DNA of 64,000 nt from positions 16,554,001-16,618,000 of the forward strand of contig OX597825.1 of NCBI GenBank assembly GCA_951406725.2. Direction: 5' to 3'. This document shows positions 39,054 through 53,354 of this stretch, piece after piece. The position numbers were made by a program, and so were the translations under genes. This DNA comes from Octopus vulgaris (taxonomy: Eukaryota). Position 1 is the first letter of the stretch. Each line of letters opens with the position of its first letter. The notes under the pieces are model-generated. The model did no database searches. It had not been told where the DNA came from and worked only from the letters and a program-made list of their open reading frames with translations.

Positions 39054-42000
39054 AGAGGAAAAAAATAAAGAATGGTATTCTGAAAGTCTTATAATAAATG
39101 CTATAGGAAAACTTGTTAAGTGTCAAAAATATTGTGACATGGAATCGTGTACGCTTAGCAAGTAGACATGATAAAGACTATAACGACAGTGATAAAAAAA
39201 AGTTCGCATTAATGTTGCAACTCTAACGTAAACGAGAACAGAATGTCCTAGATTGTCGATAACGGTTATAACTGATAGAGAAAAACATTATACAGTGAAA
39301 TATGCAGCTTCCCCAGAATATATATTTGTGTGTTAGTGTTGCCGTTACTATAACTTAGAATGTTAGCGATGATTAAGCTCCCGGATAACTGTTACTGAAC
39401 GAAGTAAAAAAATGAATATTATATTATTTTCATCTGCATTTTAAAAATAACTTTAGAAGAGTTTAGGTATTGTTTTTTTTTTAAGTATTGTATGCAATGA
39501 ATCACAGAGGAAAGAAGATCGTATACAAGGTTCAAAGAATGTGCTTTTAAATTTGGTTTGACAATCAGGAAATATAAAATTGGAAACTATATTCATGATA
39601 GAAAATAGGCTTCTGAACTGCTTAAATGGGTATCAATCATTCCCAAGGATTTCGTGATTCAAAGACAGAACGGAATATTTGACAGAGTTGATGTATACGT
39701 TAGAAAAATAAGACGTTTATCATTGTCATTGCAGGTTTCTAAACGGGCTATTCTAATGAGTGTCAGTGTGTCAGTAAATATATCTGAAATCCTGCCAAGT
39801 TGTATCATTAATGTTGCATGAATAATTCCAGATCTCCCAGATCAGGATAAGTTATGGAATATTTTGGGGCTTGTCTGTAAAAACAGATATTGCATGTTTC
39901 ATAGAATGTTATAAATATGCATTCTTGCATTTCCATGTTCTTTTATTTTTTTTATAGCATAGAAGTTTGTCAGAAAAGGATTGATAATGCATACGAAATT
40001 TGTCGGTTGTCTTAGATTAGATTAAGGCAAAATATGCTAAGAGAAATAACCCCGAGTGGCCACAGGCGTCTATTTGTGCAACATAGACAAAATCAGGTAT
40101 ATCAAATACTATATAGTAGATTTTTTTATTTAATAAAATTATCTTCGATTCGCAACACCAAATGGCAATGAAAACCAGCTCCACTTGTGAAGTTTTGAGT
40201 CTCTAATTTAAGAATTCTCCAAAGTTGCCTGCCATTAAGGAAAGGGACAAGCTAATTGTCTAGAAATAGGACGTCGCGCATGGACACGTTTTTCTATCCC
40301 AATAGACATCGTACGCGCGGCTATTGAAATAGACTCGTCCGGCCTTATATCCAGCGGCCAAATCACTTAGAATAACACCAAAAAAGTGTAGAACATGTTT
40401 GTGGCCTAAGTATTTAGCATAATTCAAAGAAAAATTATCTAAGAGCAATCAATCAGAGACCAGATGCATGTATTCGAACAAGAGATTAAACTAGCTTAAA
40501 TATTTGTCGATTAATATTTGCCGCTTAAATATTTGTCGATTAATACTTGCCGGGTAAACGTAAATCCTTATTCGTTACAAATCGGGGAAGAAAATTCTGA
40601 TCAAAGTCGTTAGTCCAAGGTCTGAGAACTGAGGCACAGTAGGAGCAGCAGATGCAGGAGAATGTGATAGATCGAGTCACGAATGTATGTGGTGTTTAGT
40701 GAAATATTTTAAAAATATGTTTACAGTTTGGAAAATAATTTTTCAAAGAATCGAGACAACACGCTGTAGGTAACAGTAATTCAAAAACAGCACATAAAGC
40801 AAAACCGTCTAATATGATATATTAATTTTAAATGTTGAATGACCCGTGAAATTATGCAGTGCCATGATGCTAGAAGCAAATAAGAATTTATTGTCACTGC
40901 CAGAAAGCTGCAAATTTCTTCTTCTAAAGATATACTCGTTAGGATTGTAGGCCAAAGCTGCAATTTAAAGTTTGAAAAGTTAAATGTTCCAATAATTACC
41001 AGCAGCACCGAACGGGCGATTGTTAATTTATCTAGTGCACCTCATATATCCGCAAAGCCATTTGATAAAATTAAATTAAGGAACTCGGGGGTTTAGTGGT
41101 CGGATTAGTTGAAATTTCGTCAAATGTGTTGTGAATTTTTCCTTGTGCTAAATGTACCTCACCAATCATGAATTCCTTAATGATTGGAGATGAACAGTTC
41201 GACAATGAAAAATATCTATATTTGCAACAATCAAAAAGAGAGGAACCAGCAAAATAGCTGTCTTCTACAAAATCAGGGAACAATATCATTCATGTGCAGG
41301 ACCCCATGCTTCTTCAGTGTATCACATGTTATGCAGAAGATATATTTCTTTGGCCTCCATGCGTCAGATATGATACACGTTCCCAAGTTTTGTTCAACCG
41401 CTAAAGTTACTTGGAACTTATGAAAGAATGCTTTATGTTACGCAGAACGTATGAAAATTCTTTGAACAAGCACAGAGTTATTAATACTAAAAATAATAAG
41501 GAAAGAACTTATTCTGAGGCTTCATTCTGCTTAAATAGAAGAAATTCGTACATATATTCACGTTTGGAATATTCATCTACGTCTGATGCGCGAATAAACA
41601 ATCTACTGGTAAAGTTGTGTTATTTTCTAGAGTATTTTACTGCGTAAATAGAGGACCATTTCAATTGAGTTTCTTTGAAGTACCATGTTCATAAATTTAC
41701 GCTATTATTGTCTTGTATATTTATATAATTGAGTATTTGTATATATAGTAACCTGTGATATATTTGAGACGAATTCAGACGTATGTTAGAGAAGTACTTT
41801 CACACCTGACCTTTTCAAGGTTATTTTGGATTATAAATGATATTAATGTTGAAGAATATGAACCTATTGTCTGCAAAGTATTATGTAGATGATTTCTGCT
41901 GTAAAATATGCGGCACCCGTATTTATTAATGTTGCTGCAAGAATAAATGATAATTCCTTCGAAACATAAAGATAGCTAAAAAAATATCTGAATGTCCCTC

Positions 42001-42713
42001 TGAAAAAAATTGGATCCAAAGTTGATGATTTATAAATCAAAGAAATGTTGCTGCCTTCAACTCAGTCACATATAAAATCATGTATAGCGTCTGGGAAGTT
42101 CAGATTCTTACTGTCACAGATTTCCGTTATCTTGGATCTGACAATAACAGATAATTGAAAAGCCCAAATTATCATAGAAAGCTGCGCGTAAACTTAAATT
42201 TATTTCGAATTGTTCAGTCATAGAAGAATTAAAATGCCACTTTTCAAAGCTCTCATTTAAAGAGATTTCGTCTATGCTAGTGAAGCCTTGATAATTATAG
42301 AAACACAACGAAAAGAAATAAATGCTGGAAATTGCTCACTTATACGATTTGCACTTGGAGTTAATTTTCTCTAAGAGAATAATGAACGTCTAAGCAATAG
42401 AGTAGACATTCTCAGCTAATAGCATTCAACGTCAATAGGACATGCCTTGCAATGAAATAATATAACATTGTCTGCTCTGTTCAATGAGGAAAATCAAGTT
42501 ATTGAGATTTATCATGTTGGAGATGCATTTCGAAATATATAGATATATATAGTTAATAAGGATCTACCAGCCAAATGAAATATTTCATTTTGTGATCGGA
42601 TGACCTCACCACAGATCTCTTACATATGTTTTTGTATCCTACGACACATGACGTCAACTGTAGATCCAATCACTAGCTGCACCCCATGGTGTCGGTATGG
42701 TAAGCAACCACTA

Positions 42714-42946
42714 AAGGCGGCGAGCTGGCAGAAACGTTAGCACGCCGGGTGAAATGCGTAGCCGTATTTCGTCTGTCGTTACGTTGTGAGTTCAAATTCT
42801 GCCGAGGTTGACTTTGCCTTTCATCCTTTCGGGGTCGATAAATTAAGTACCAGTTCCGCACTGGGGTCGATGTAATCGACTTAATACCTATGTCTGTCCT
42901 TGTTTGTCCCCTCTATGTTTAGCCCCTTGTGGGTAATAAAGAAATA
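42714..42946 (+). mobile_element. SINE family S2, full length, young, 17-bp TSD
   Basis: GGTATGGTAAGCAACCA at 42694-42710 and 42947-42963; A/B-box-like TGGCAGAAACGTTAGC and GAGTTCAAATTC; Nin-like CTTTCATCCTTTCGGGGTCGATAAA. Confidence 0.93.
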
Positions 42947-43285
42947 GGTATGGTAAGCAACCATTGAACGTTGGGAAATTGAAATAGAAATACAAGTGAG
43001 AGATAAGCTGCAACCAAATTAAACAGCCGGGAGGTACAGGCCAGAGGGGGAAAGGAAGCTGGAGAGGAGATGGGAGTGGTAGGTTAGGATACCGATGCAC
43101 ATTACTACGTAGTGGATTGGTTTGCTAAGTAAAGGCATTAGCCGCCGGACAGAGTATGGGGTCGTAGGGTCGTACGTTGCATTTACTTGACCTCATGAGA
43201 GAAGATGGGTGACCAATAAGATAGTAGAACAGCAAAATACACAAACATACACAACAAATAAAATAAAGAAATAAACGGCAGCACA

Positions 43286-43362
<77 letters not shown>

Positions 43363-44090
43363 GTGTATGTATATATGTATGTATGTACATATGTATGTAC
43401 GCATTTATGTACGCATGTATGTATGTACGTATGTATGTATATATATATATATGTATATATATATGTATATATATATGTATATATATATGTATATATATAT
43501 ATATATATATATACAGAGAGAGAGAGAGAGAGAGAGATAGATAGATATAGATAGAGATATATATACAAGCGTGTGTGTGTGTGTGTGTTTGTGCGTGTCC
43601 ATGTGTATCTAAACACGAAGAAGAAAAGATGTACCTTGACGGGGTAATTAGTTTATTTTCTAGCAAACTCTGTAGTTAACAGTTTTGGAATTCGCTTTTA
43701 CTGTTCGTACCGTGGAAACGGATTAAGTCCTACTTATCAATCCTATATAAAGTATACAGTCAACAGGGTGAGAAAATGAGATTCTAGAAACCGCTCCACG
43801 TTTGCTTCAGAAGCAGATATAAGAACAACAAAAACAGCAGTATACATAAATATATGTATATGTCTATATAACACGCACTCGGGCGTGCGCGCACAAAGCA
43901 TACAAATTAAATAGACTGTTGTAAAGATTTGATACTACCATAGTTTGTTGCCCGATCATATGCAGTATATACAAAATCTAATGATAAGGAGTTCCTGATT
44001 TACGTAGGTTATCTTTCTTACATTCAGCGTGAGGCTGCTTTCTCACGCGTTCAGAGAAGTGTCATTGAGTGTACTATCAAACTAATATAG

Positions 44091-45112
44091 TGTTACGGAA
44101 TCCCCCGTCGTCGCTCGCCCGAACGGCACAAGTTCGCCACGGAACCCAAAGAGGAGGAGAGAGGAGAGATACAACAACAACCACAGCAGCACAGCACAGA
44201 GATACAGAGGCACAGGCAACAGAGACACTGGCTTATATATTCAAACAACAGTTTATATGACTATTACAATTGTTACAACATCAAGATACATCAAAGCATT
44301 TAAAGGAAACATGCACGTGACTACTCAATACATCATGCAACAGATCAACGCATAATACAACAGCATTTCAAGAGTACACGTCCGAAGACAACAGTTCTTT
44401 AAAGTCTCTTTCTGAACATCACAGATAAAGTCACATCAACAAGTCCTTTACTCAATTCTGAAGTAAAGACAGAGTCCTTGACTGTTCTCTTCACTGTTCA
44501 ATACACCGTGACACATATCAATGCACAACACATACCTCAATTCCTAATTGAATCTGCCAGTGTCCCATTCCTCTCAATCCTGCCAATTCCTCTGAATACT
44601 GCTAAATCCCTCTGTACATATCCCTTCTGCATATTCCAATCGCTTGCTCCTCAAATCCCAAGATCCCTGCTGATCTGTCCAAGATCCGTCTGTGTTCTTC
44701 CACGACCGCTCAACCGACCGCAAGATCCGTCTGTGTTCTTCGACGACCAACTACCAACTGCCAGACCTCACTTCGTCTCTGTCCTTCTTCCACTCCCTCA
44801 TCTCCCTCTGTCTATATCGCTCCTACCCTTTCTAACTGCTCTCTGATTCCTTACTCTATCTATATCGCCTCAATCCCTTAGCCTCTCTATCTGTCCCTTA
44901 CTGCTTATCCTTTCTATTTGCCCTCAGATTCCCTTAATCTGTCTTCCTCTTTCACATTCTCACTGACCCTTTTCTCAACCGCACGAGGTCACAGGTCCTT
45001 CCAAAACTCATTAGTCTCCCACTAAACAAAAGACTGTCACATTTTCACCAGACATACTGGAACCATATCCACGATGTGGGTCAGAAACACTGCACTAGTT
45101 AAACCCGTAACA
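44091..45112 (-). mobile_element. solo LTR of a Gypsy-type LTR retrotransposon (1022 bp)
   Basis: Termini TGTTACGG...CCGTAACA (8-bp inverted), 4-bp TSD ATAG at 44087-44090 and 45113-45116; internal ~28-bp duplication CAAGATCCGTCTGTGTTCTTC; strong strand asymmetry. Orientation tentative. Confidence 0.88.
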
Positions 45113-45253
45113 ATAGCATAATTTTTTTGTAGCCACACGAAACTTTATTATGTAATAACCGCTACCAAACCGGCCTTGATTGCTTTCTCTTGTTACACAC
45201 ACACACAGACACATACATACACACACACACACATATATAAATACACATATGCA

Positions 45254-45297
<44 letters not shown>

Positions 45298-45332
45298 TAA
45301 ATATATATATAAATATACATATATGTATATAA

Positions 45333-45401
<69 letters not shown>

Positions 45402-45463
45402 TATATAGACACATATATATATGCATATTGTATATATATATATATATACATGCATATGTATAA

Positions 45464-45501
<38 letters not shown>

Positions 45502-48137
45502 TTACATATGCATATATATATACTCGCCCATATGATTGTGTGTTGACAAAAATGTGATTGTGTGCGTGTAAGTGTGTGCATGTGTGTATGTTCCGTGTAC
45601 AAGTAGGTGTGCATGTTTCTTTACACAATCTGAAATAATCCTCACACACACACACACACACAGACACGCTCACATATATACACAACACCAAAATATATAA
45701 AGCAACGTGTTACCTTGTAGCTAAAAAAAAAAATGTGTAATTTGTTGTCGGGAAAATATTTTCAATAAAACGTGAAGAACAACAGAAAGAAAATGCAACT
45801 AATTTTCTATAATATAACAGGGACAAAGTAATAATTGAAATATAATAATGAAACAGTAAAGTGTAATTGAGTATGACTGTTTAGTGACATTGAAGACAAC
45901 TATGGCTGCGTATAATCTCAGCAAGGCGAAGAAATATAAAACAAAATTTCTGTGTTAAGAAATCCAGCAGAACGATGCCAGTTTTAATTTAACTGTAAAA
46001 GACTAATAAGATTTGATGTAATTGTTAGCACTTCTTAAATAAATTTTCTTTTTATTTCATTTCATTATTCTCTTTTAATCTAGTCTTGTCAATTAGTGAG
46101 ACAAGGACATTGATTGGACGTTTTTGAACTTTGCAGTCAGTATCAATATGATTCACTTCCATGGATACTGAAATTAGATGAAGCTCGCGAACATATTGAT
46201 TAAGTTGTAAGAAGATCGGGTGTTAATAAAGATCTGTGTTTCTTTAGCTATATTTGCGCACATGATATTGTTGTTGATATTCCAGTGAATAAGTCGGTAA
46301 TGAATTGATTGTGATTGATGGAAAAATTTACTGAGCCTGTTCATGGGAAAATCAAATGATGTACTTTCATTCTTTTGATTAAGTAACAATTTGTGTTGTG
46401 TCCCCAAGAGATTCGTAAGGAGATTTAGGTAGAGAATGATTTCCAACCGAGATTTGTTTCGAGTGACGTTGACATGTTCTACTTTGATTAAAACTCCAAA
46501 CTCGATACTAACCAAACCGGCAAAACGAAAGAAGAATATACATAAAACACATTTTATTTTTAATAAGTTAATACCATAGAATCACTGATTCGTATGTTTA
46601 AAGTTCAAAGTGTTTAATCACAGAAGAAAATTTTGAATACGTTTCTCTGACAAAATTCGATGCTAACTTTTCTTCCCCTACGCAATGGAATAATAAAGAA
46701 AGCAAGTGACATATGATACATTCCTTGCATGACCAGCATCTTTTTATAGAGCTGGTACTTGTTTGATGTTTCTGCCGATTTAAACATAGGAGACTAGGAC
46801 TACTTTGACACATCCTGTTAACAACGCTTCCAAAATATTACTATTTCATATTTGTACATTCGATAGTCAACGTAAGTCTGTCAATAAATGAAACAAGTCC
46901 TCATCGATTACGTAGTATGGACACGGCGCTTTAAATGCAGAAACCGCTTCACTGGCTGTGATTCTCCTCAATAATTTGTGCGTTAGGAATTATATTTTTA
47001 CTGTAACCAGGAGATGAAACTAATCTTAGGATAAAGATAAATGAAGTGTATAAATAAAAGTTAAGTTACGGAATATCATTATTGTTGAGAGTGTTATTAT
47101 TTAGAAGAAACTGTTGAGAGTTCTACAGTAATGATTGTGAGCAGCATTTAATTTGAATAATGTGAACCAGGAGATAGTGATCGGCATTTCAGAAGTGAAA
47201 CTATTTTAGTGTCATATTGACTGAGACAGATTTCTCTCTCTCTCTCTCTTTCTCTCGTGGAACAAGATACAATGATTTTTAATGATCAGTTTCAAATTTT
47301 GGCACAATAGCAATAATTTCGGGAGTAGCGGGGGAAGGGGGCAGATTAAATTGATTACATCGATCCCAGTGCTCAATTGGTACTCGTGTTATCGAATCTG
47401 ACATTATTAAAATCAACGCATCACTCGGTCCAGGAATTGAAACCACAATCGTGCAAGGAGCCCCCTGCCCATCGCCTACACTGCTTTGTATTAAGGTAGA
47501 CAATAATTATTTGTTGTTTGTGGCTTAGATAAGGCACAATCCGTTTTCTGTTGAAACAAACTGCCGTTTTTAATCTGTTTGTTCCACGTTGTATACTCTT
47601 GATAGCGAACCTAGAATACTCCTGTAAATCCTAGAAGATTCCCGAGAGCATACAGTGGATTTATTTTCCGGAAACTACTTCGAACCATTCAAAGGACATT
47701 AATTTAACACTGTTTGACAAAATAACACTCAGCAATTCTTTGTTCGAGCCCTGCGGTTCACAGAAGTAATGCCACTTTCCCTGCATATAGCTTTTGTCCA
47801 GAACTAGCTAGATTCAGCTGGATATGGATTCTGCTTTTTAGCATTACCAGAATGCCAACTATTTGCTCTAGGGCTGGTCAATCTGATATCTTATCGCTTT
47901 GTCTTACTTTCGATTATGTTTTGAAACCTCTTATTATTCTAATTATTGGTTCCCCCGAAATCGACTTTGCCTTTCAACCTTTTGGGATCGATAAAATAAG
48001 TACCTGTTAAATACTGGAGTCAATGTAATTGGCTGTCCCCTTCATTCAAAAATTGCTGGGCCTGTACTAAAATTTTAGAATCAATATTTCAATAATTGAA
48101 TCGTTTTTATATTGATATTCCAATATATAGATAACAG

Positions 48138-48453
48138 TGAAGGCGCGTTTCTTGGTGTTTAGTGCAACCGGCTAACAATCATAAAGTTGTGAGTTCGATT
48201 CCTTGCGGTGGGTTGTGTCTTTGAGCTTTATTTCACGTTGCTCCAGTTCACTCAGCTGGTAAGAATGAGTTGTGCCCGTAATTCAAAGACCCAGTCTTGT
48301 CACAGTCTGTGCGAAGCTGAATCTCCCTGAGAGCTACATTAAAGGATACGCGTATCTGTGGAATGCTCAGCCACTTGCATGTTAATTTCATGTCCAGGCT
48401 GTTCCGTTAATCGTTTCAACTGAAACACTGGTCGTCGTAACCGACAGAGTATC
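48138..48453 (+). mobile_element. tRNA-derived SINE, head B/core, tail x (older copy)
   Basis: B-box GAGTTCGATTCC; core as in 6293-6608; 3' half matches the reverse complement of 50525-50705. Confidence 0.75.
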
Positions 48454-50518
48454 AATACATAAATAACACTAGTTCAACTTTGATTTTTGGCATCATAGTA
48501 GCACGCCCATCATCACCGCTAATTATCCATTCCACTGTATCTTGTATATTTTTACATTATACATAAGCTTCCCTAGCTGCCCCGCTAGAGTAGGACGCTC
48601 AGCTTCAGCCAGATTCGATCTTTCAGCCAAACTGAGTGGCTGTCATTTGCCACCGGATGACGATTAACGAAACAAAGAAAAGTTTGACAAGCAGTTTTTA
48701 ACGGTCATAATTGTTATTATCATAATTGTACCTAACATCACAAACTATCCCTTGATCGTTTAAAAATAACTCTTATCGTAGTTTATTCCTAATTTGCCAC
48801 AAGCAATCGGTTGATAGACATAGAAACAAAAAATAAGAAAAAAAGAAATTACAAAAAGAAATAAAAATAAACATAAAAAAATGCTATACGGCAAAACATT
48901 ATCAAATCTGCTCACTTCAAATTCTCTGTTCAGTTAAACATTAATGTTTCTTTCTATTTATTTCTCGTATATTCTTTAAAAACCGGAGTGAAAGAAACAA
49001 AAGTGGACAGAATTGAGAATTGTCGAGATTCAGAAATAAACTTAGTCTCAAGGTATACATTTCTGAATTATAAATTCTGTTTACATCATACGGTAAAAAA
49101 GAAAAAAATGGAAAAAAAGTTAATGAAATTTACTCTCATGAGCACCGCTAAAAACGAAGTTAGCATTTTAGTATGGAAGCCTCCCAATGTACATTCACAT
49201 AATATAGTTTATCTCAGTATCCTTCTAAATAAAAATACATATCTAAGTTTGTGTTTATTCTACACACACATACACACACATTTTTTAGAAGATGTGTCTA
49301 TTAGATTTTATTGGAAGCGTTATATTTCAAAATGGAAAAAAGAAAGCCCTGCAAGTGATTATCATATCCAAAGCTGCATTTGAAAGTAGAATCCACGCCG
49401 GAGTGATAATTTTAATTATATTCTATAGATTTGCTCCGATTATTCTATAGTTTTATAAATAGAAATTGTATAGATTTTATTTTGATTCGTTCATCAGACA
49501 TTCTACGGCGAAGTTTTTAATCACCAGTGGATGTAAAAATAGCTTTAGTTAACCACACGACAGACAATAAAATGTATTTAACTTCTAGTTTTCACCTCTT
49601 TCATAAAATAATAGATTCTTGCTTGAAACAGAATCTTTTTCTGGAAAACAGTTAATGAGATGTTGACAACGAATATTCCATGGGACTCTGTGGCCAAAGG
49701 AAAGGATAGACTTGTACAGTAATAGCAACTCCGTATTTATTCAATTAATTCTATTTTCATCTTCATTAACAGTCAATCGGATTGGTAAGGCGAAATTCCC
49801 TATACACTGTCTACACTTGTTTTATCCTTTAAATACTAGTTGAGTTACTCAATACTCTCTAGAAGTTTCTTATGACACCGCATAATGTATTGCTTTACCT
49901 ACAGGGCTTGTATATACAAAAGACATATTATTCTACTTTATCAAAAAGAATTTTGTGTTGTGGATGTTTTTTTAGTCTTTTACTGGTGTCACTCATTGGG
50001 TAGCTGCCACGGCGGGATATCGGCTCGAAAGCTTTAAAGGAAGAATTCAGCTCCGGTGTTTGTTTTAAAGTCTGGTATTTATTCCACCGGTATCTTTTCT
50101 GCAGAACTGCTGTAGTAGAAGTCACCTACCCGAACTACCGCACAGTGGGACTGAACCCGAAACTACGAGGTTAAAAAGCGAACTTCTCATCCACACAGTC
50201 ATGTCTGCACTTTTTGATATGTTTAAACAGGTTGAAAATAACGAGGGGCCATAGATGTAACTTTATCTCTTTATTTTCTCAGTAATTTTTTATTCTTTTG
50301 GATGAAATTAAAAGGATTAAACACATTGGAAAATTTGATTGTTCTTGAGATTGCTGTGATTAGAACTGTTTTCTCAGAAAGTAACCCAGTTATTTTAATT
50401 CTTCCTTATATAAGGTATACCGCACTGTCACTAAAACCATAACAAACAGATGTACTTTATGCCGTTTTAGTACCATAAAGTAATTCAGCTACTAACAAAT
50501 AATTAATTCAATACAAAT

Positions 50519-50910
50519 GGATGGAAGCACTCCGTCGGTTACGACGACGAGGGTTCCGGTTGATCCGATCAACAGAACAGCCTGCTCGTGAAATTAACGT
50601 GTAAGTGGCTGAGCACTCCACAGACACGTGTACCCTTAATGTAGTTCTCGGGGATATTCAGCGTGACACAGAGAGTGACAAGGCCAGCCCTTTGAAATAC
50701 AGGTACAACAGAAACAGGAAGTAAGAGTGAGAGAAAGTTGTGGTGAAAGAGTACAGCAGGGATCACCACCACCATCCCCTGCCGGGGCCTCGTGGAGCTT
50801 TTTAGGTGTTTTCGCTCAATAAACACTCACAACGCCCGGTCTGGGAATCGAAACCGCGATCCTACGACCGCGAGTCCGCTGCCCTAACCACTGGGCCATT
50901 GCGCCTCCAC
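50519..50910 (-). mobile_element. tRNA-derived SINE, head A, tail x, full length, 12-bp TSD
   Basis: TTCAATACAAAT at 50507-50518 and 50911-50922; A-box TGGCCCAGTGG, B-box GGTTTCGATTCCC; CpGs intact. Confidence 0.93.
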
Positions 50911-52393
50911 TTCAATACAAATACCAAGAGCAAGAAGAATGAAACACACTATTGTTCCCTGAATTCCTGCGACATTAATGTTACTAGATATATGGATATA
51001 AAAACTGACCGATTAACATAACGTCACTCACTAACATATATCAAACTGTAGCCTACACACATGCTGCCTCGTCATTCTACAACATCTTTTGTTATTACAC
51101 TAAACTATGGTCATTTCAGCTTGTGTGTATCGACCAGCCTCCACTCAGGCAATTTGGTTTTACCCAGTCCTCATCTCCTGGTTCACATTATCCAAATTAA
51201 ATGCTGCTCACAATCATTACTGTAGAATTTCATTTTCTCTCTTGAAGCGCTGATCCCAAGTGATTGCAATGGCTTGCGAAAGCCATGGGCACTACACCAT
51301 TTTAGAAAACAAACCATTTATGATGCAGTAATTTGCTCCTCTTTTTCTCAAATTGAGATCAACTTTTCTAATGTTTGCCTAGATAATAACAACGCACATA
51401 TAATATAAACTGAGCCTACTTAATATTTCTTTACAGAAAGGCGTTACCGATATATTGCATGTTCATAAATTTGAAAGAAAACCTGGTACAGCTTTTTCCA
51501 CGTATATCTAGAACTTGTGGAACACAAGGTGCATTGCTTTTTCTGAGGCATTGCATTATATGAAATCCACAGAAAGTTTTCGTTCTAAATCGCGTTGATT
51601 ATAGTATCTCAAGGAAACGGCGGCCGTTTTATTTCACAACCGGACTGAATTCAATACGGATATTTGTCTCTATTGCTGACATTCCACAAAATAACCTTCT
51701 ACTACCTTTTCCATTTCAGTTATTGTACCACTGCCATTCTGGGGCATAGCATTAAATAGTTTCAGTCGACGGAATCGGTTAAACACCAGCCGGAAAACCA
51801 GCAACAGTTGTCAAGCGGGGCTGGGGAAACAATCAAAACACGAACACACACACATACACACACACACACACACACACGCGCGCGCGCGCACACACACACA
51901 CACGCACACACACACATACACACACACACACACACACAATCTTTCAGTTTACATCATCTAAATTCATTCATAAAAACCACCGAAGAACCGAAGCTCACGC
52001 AGTGGGACTGAAGCTTGGTCCATGAGGTTGGGAAGCAAACTTTTTTACCATATCGGCAACAGAATACTTGATGGAACCGTTTCCGTGAAGATTTTGATGC
52101 AAATGTGTGTGCGTGTTTTTGGTACGGTTCTGAAAGTAGCCGTTATTGTTTCTAAAGTAACGTTTCAATATCTTTGCTATTCTTAGCATTTTAATTTTTA
52201 ATCTGCATTACTATATCTTTTATCTTTCTATAATCCCTTGATCCTTCTTCATAATCTGCATTACTTTAAGGAAACAACACACATGTATATTACAAGCATG
52301 CGTGCACACGCAAAAACTTACATATCCATATATGAAGAAGAATGAAAGGGCCTCCCAAGCCATAGGCTTATAAACCGGTTGCTTGGACTCTGT

Positions 52394-52445
<52 letters not shown>

Positions 52446-52457
52446 CATACATATATT

Positions 52458-52519
<62 letters not shown>

Positions 52520-52678
52520 TATATAAATATATATATGTATATATACATATATGCATATATATATATATATAGAAATTCGGGGTGAGTACTTGATAATTAT
52601 AAGCACCTGTGTATACCGTTTGGTGGTGTAGGTGGTGGAGTAAATTGATCAAAATAAAAACATGATGCCAAGGATTCA

Positions 52679-52756
52679 GCGGTACATATGTTTCGGGCCT
52701 TTATTAGACAGATTTATAACAATGCATAATGTATGTCTGTGGCCTTCTTCAGCCGC
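52679..52756 (-). ncRNA. candidate type-I hammerhead ribozyme (left arm)
   Basis: GCGG CUGAAGA A GGCC-[long hairpin]-GGCC C GAA ACAUAUGU A CCGC: helix I GCGG/CCGC, palindromic helix III ACAUAUGU, GUA triplet. Confidence 0.75.
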
Positions 52757-52929
52757 GCACAACAGCTTCCACAAGGACATGTGTTACATCAAAAATTCTT
52801 GGTTGGGGATGCAAATCCTCTCATTCGCGTACGACATAATGCGGCAACAGCATAGAATTGAAGCGTCCATCTCTTTCTTCTCTCAATGTATTTTTGATGT
52901 AACACATGTCCTTGTGGAAGCTGTTGTGC

Positions 52930-53007
52930 GCGGCTGAAGAAGGCCACAGACATACATTATGCATTGTTATAAATCTGTCTAATAAAGGCCCGAAATATAT
53001 GTACCGC
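52930..53007 (+). ncRNA. candidate type-I hammerhead ribozyme (right arm)
   Basis: As the left arm, except helix III AUAUAUGU (C-G replaced by a U-G wobble); predicted cleavage after 53003. Confidence 0.72.
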
Positions 53008-53309
53008 TGAATCCTTGGCATCATGTTTTTATTTTGATCATATATATATATGTATATATGTGCACACCACCACAAACTATGGGAGCGCCGCAAGAATGTT
53101 AATTTTGCAATCTGACTGAGTAGGGGAATCGCGAAATAAGGTGTTTTGTTCAAGAGCACAACAGATCACCTGATCTGGGTTTCGAAACCACAATCATTTG
53201 ATAATAAGTTCAACGCCACTAAGCCACTCGATTCCACATATGTTTAAATACATATGTGTATGCATATACATATATATGTGTATGTGTATATATATTCATA
53301 AATATATGC

Positions 53310-53354
<45 letters not shown>

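Larger units (their letters stand above)
52646..53040. mobile_element. Penelope-like remnant: two inverted 151-bp pseudo-LTR arms with 93-bp spacer
   Basis: 52646-52796 is the reverse complement of 52890-53040 with one mismatch (52690/52996); each arm holds a hammerhead motif. Confidence 0.85.

Noticed and set aside
44478-44846. 122-aa ORF
   Set aside because: Lies within the pyrimidine-rich strand of the solo LTR; compositional artefact.
50835-50910. tRNA gene (also the heads at 14760, 33320, 42714)
   Set aside because: A/B boxes present but no complete cloverleaf; each continues into a SINE body, some with TSDs.
52662-53159. Two opposite-strand ORFs with near-identical peptides
   Set aside because: A consequence of the inverted repeat, not a gene pair.
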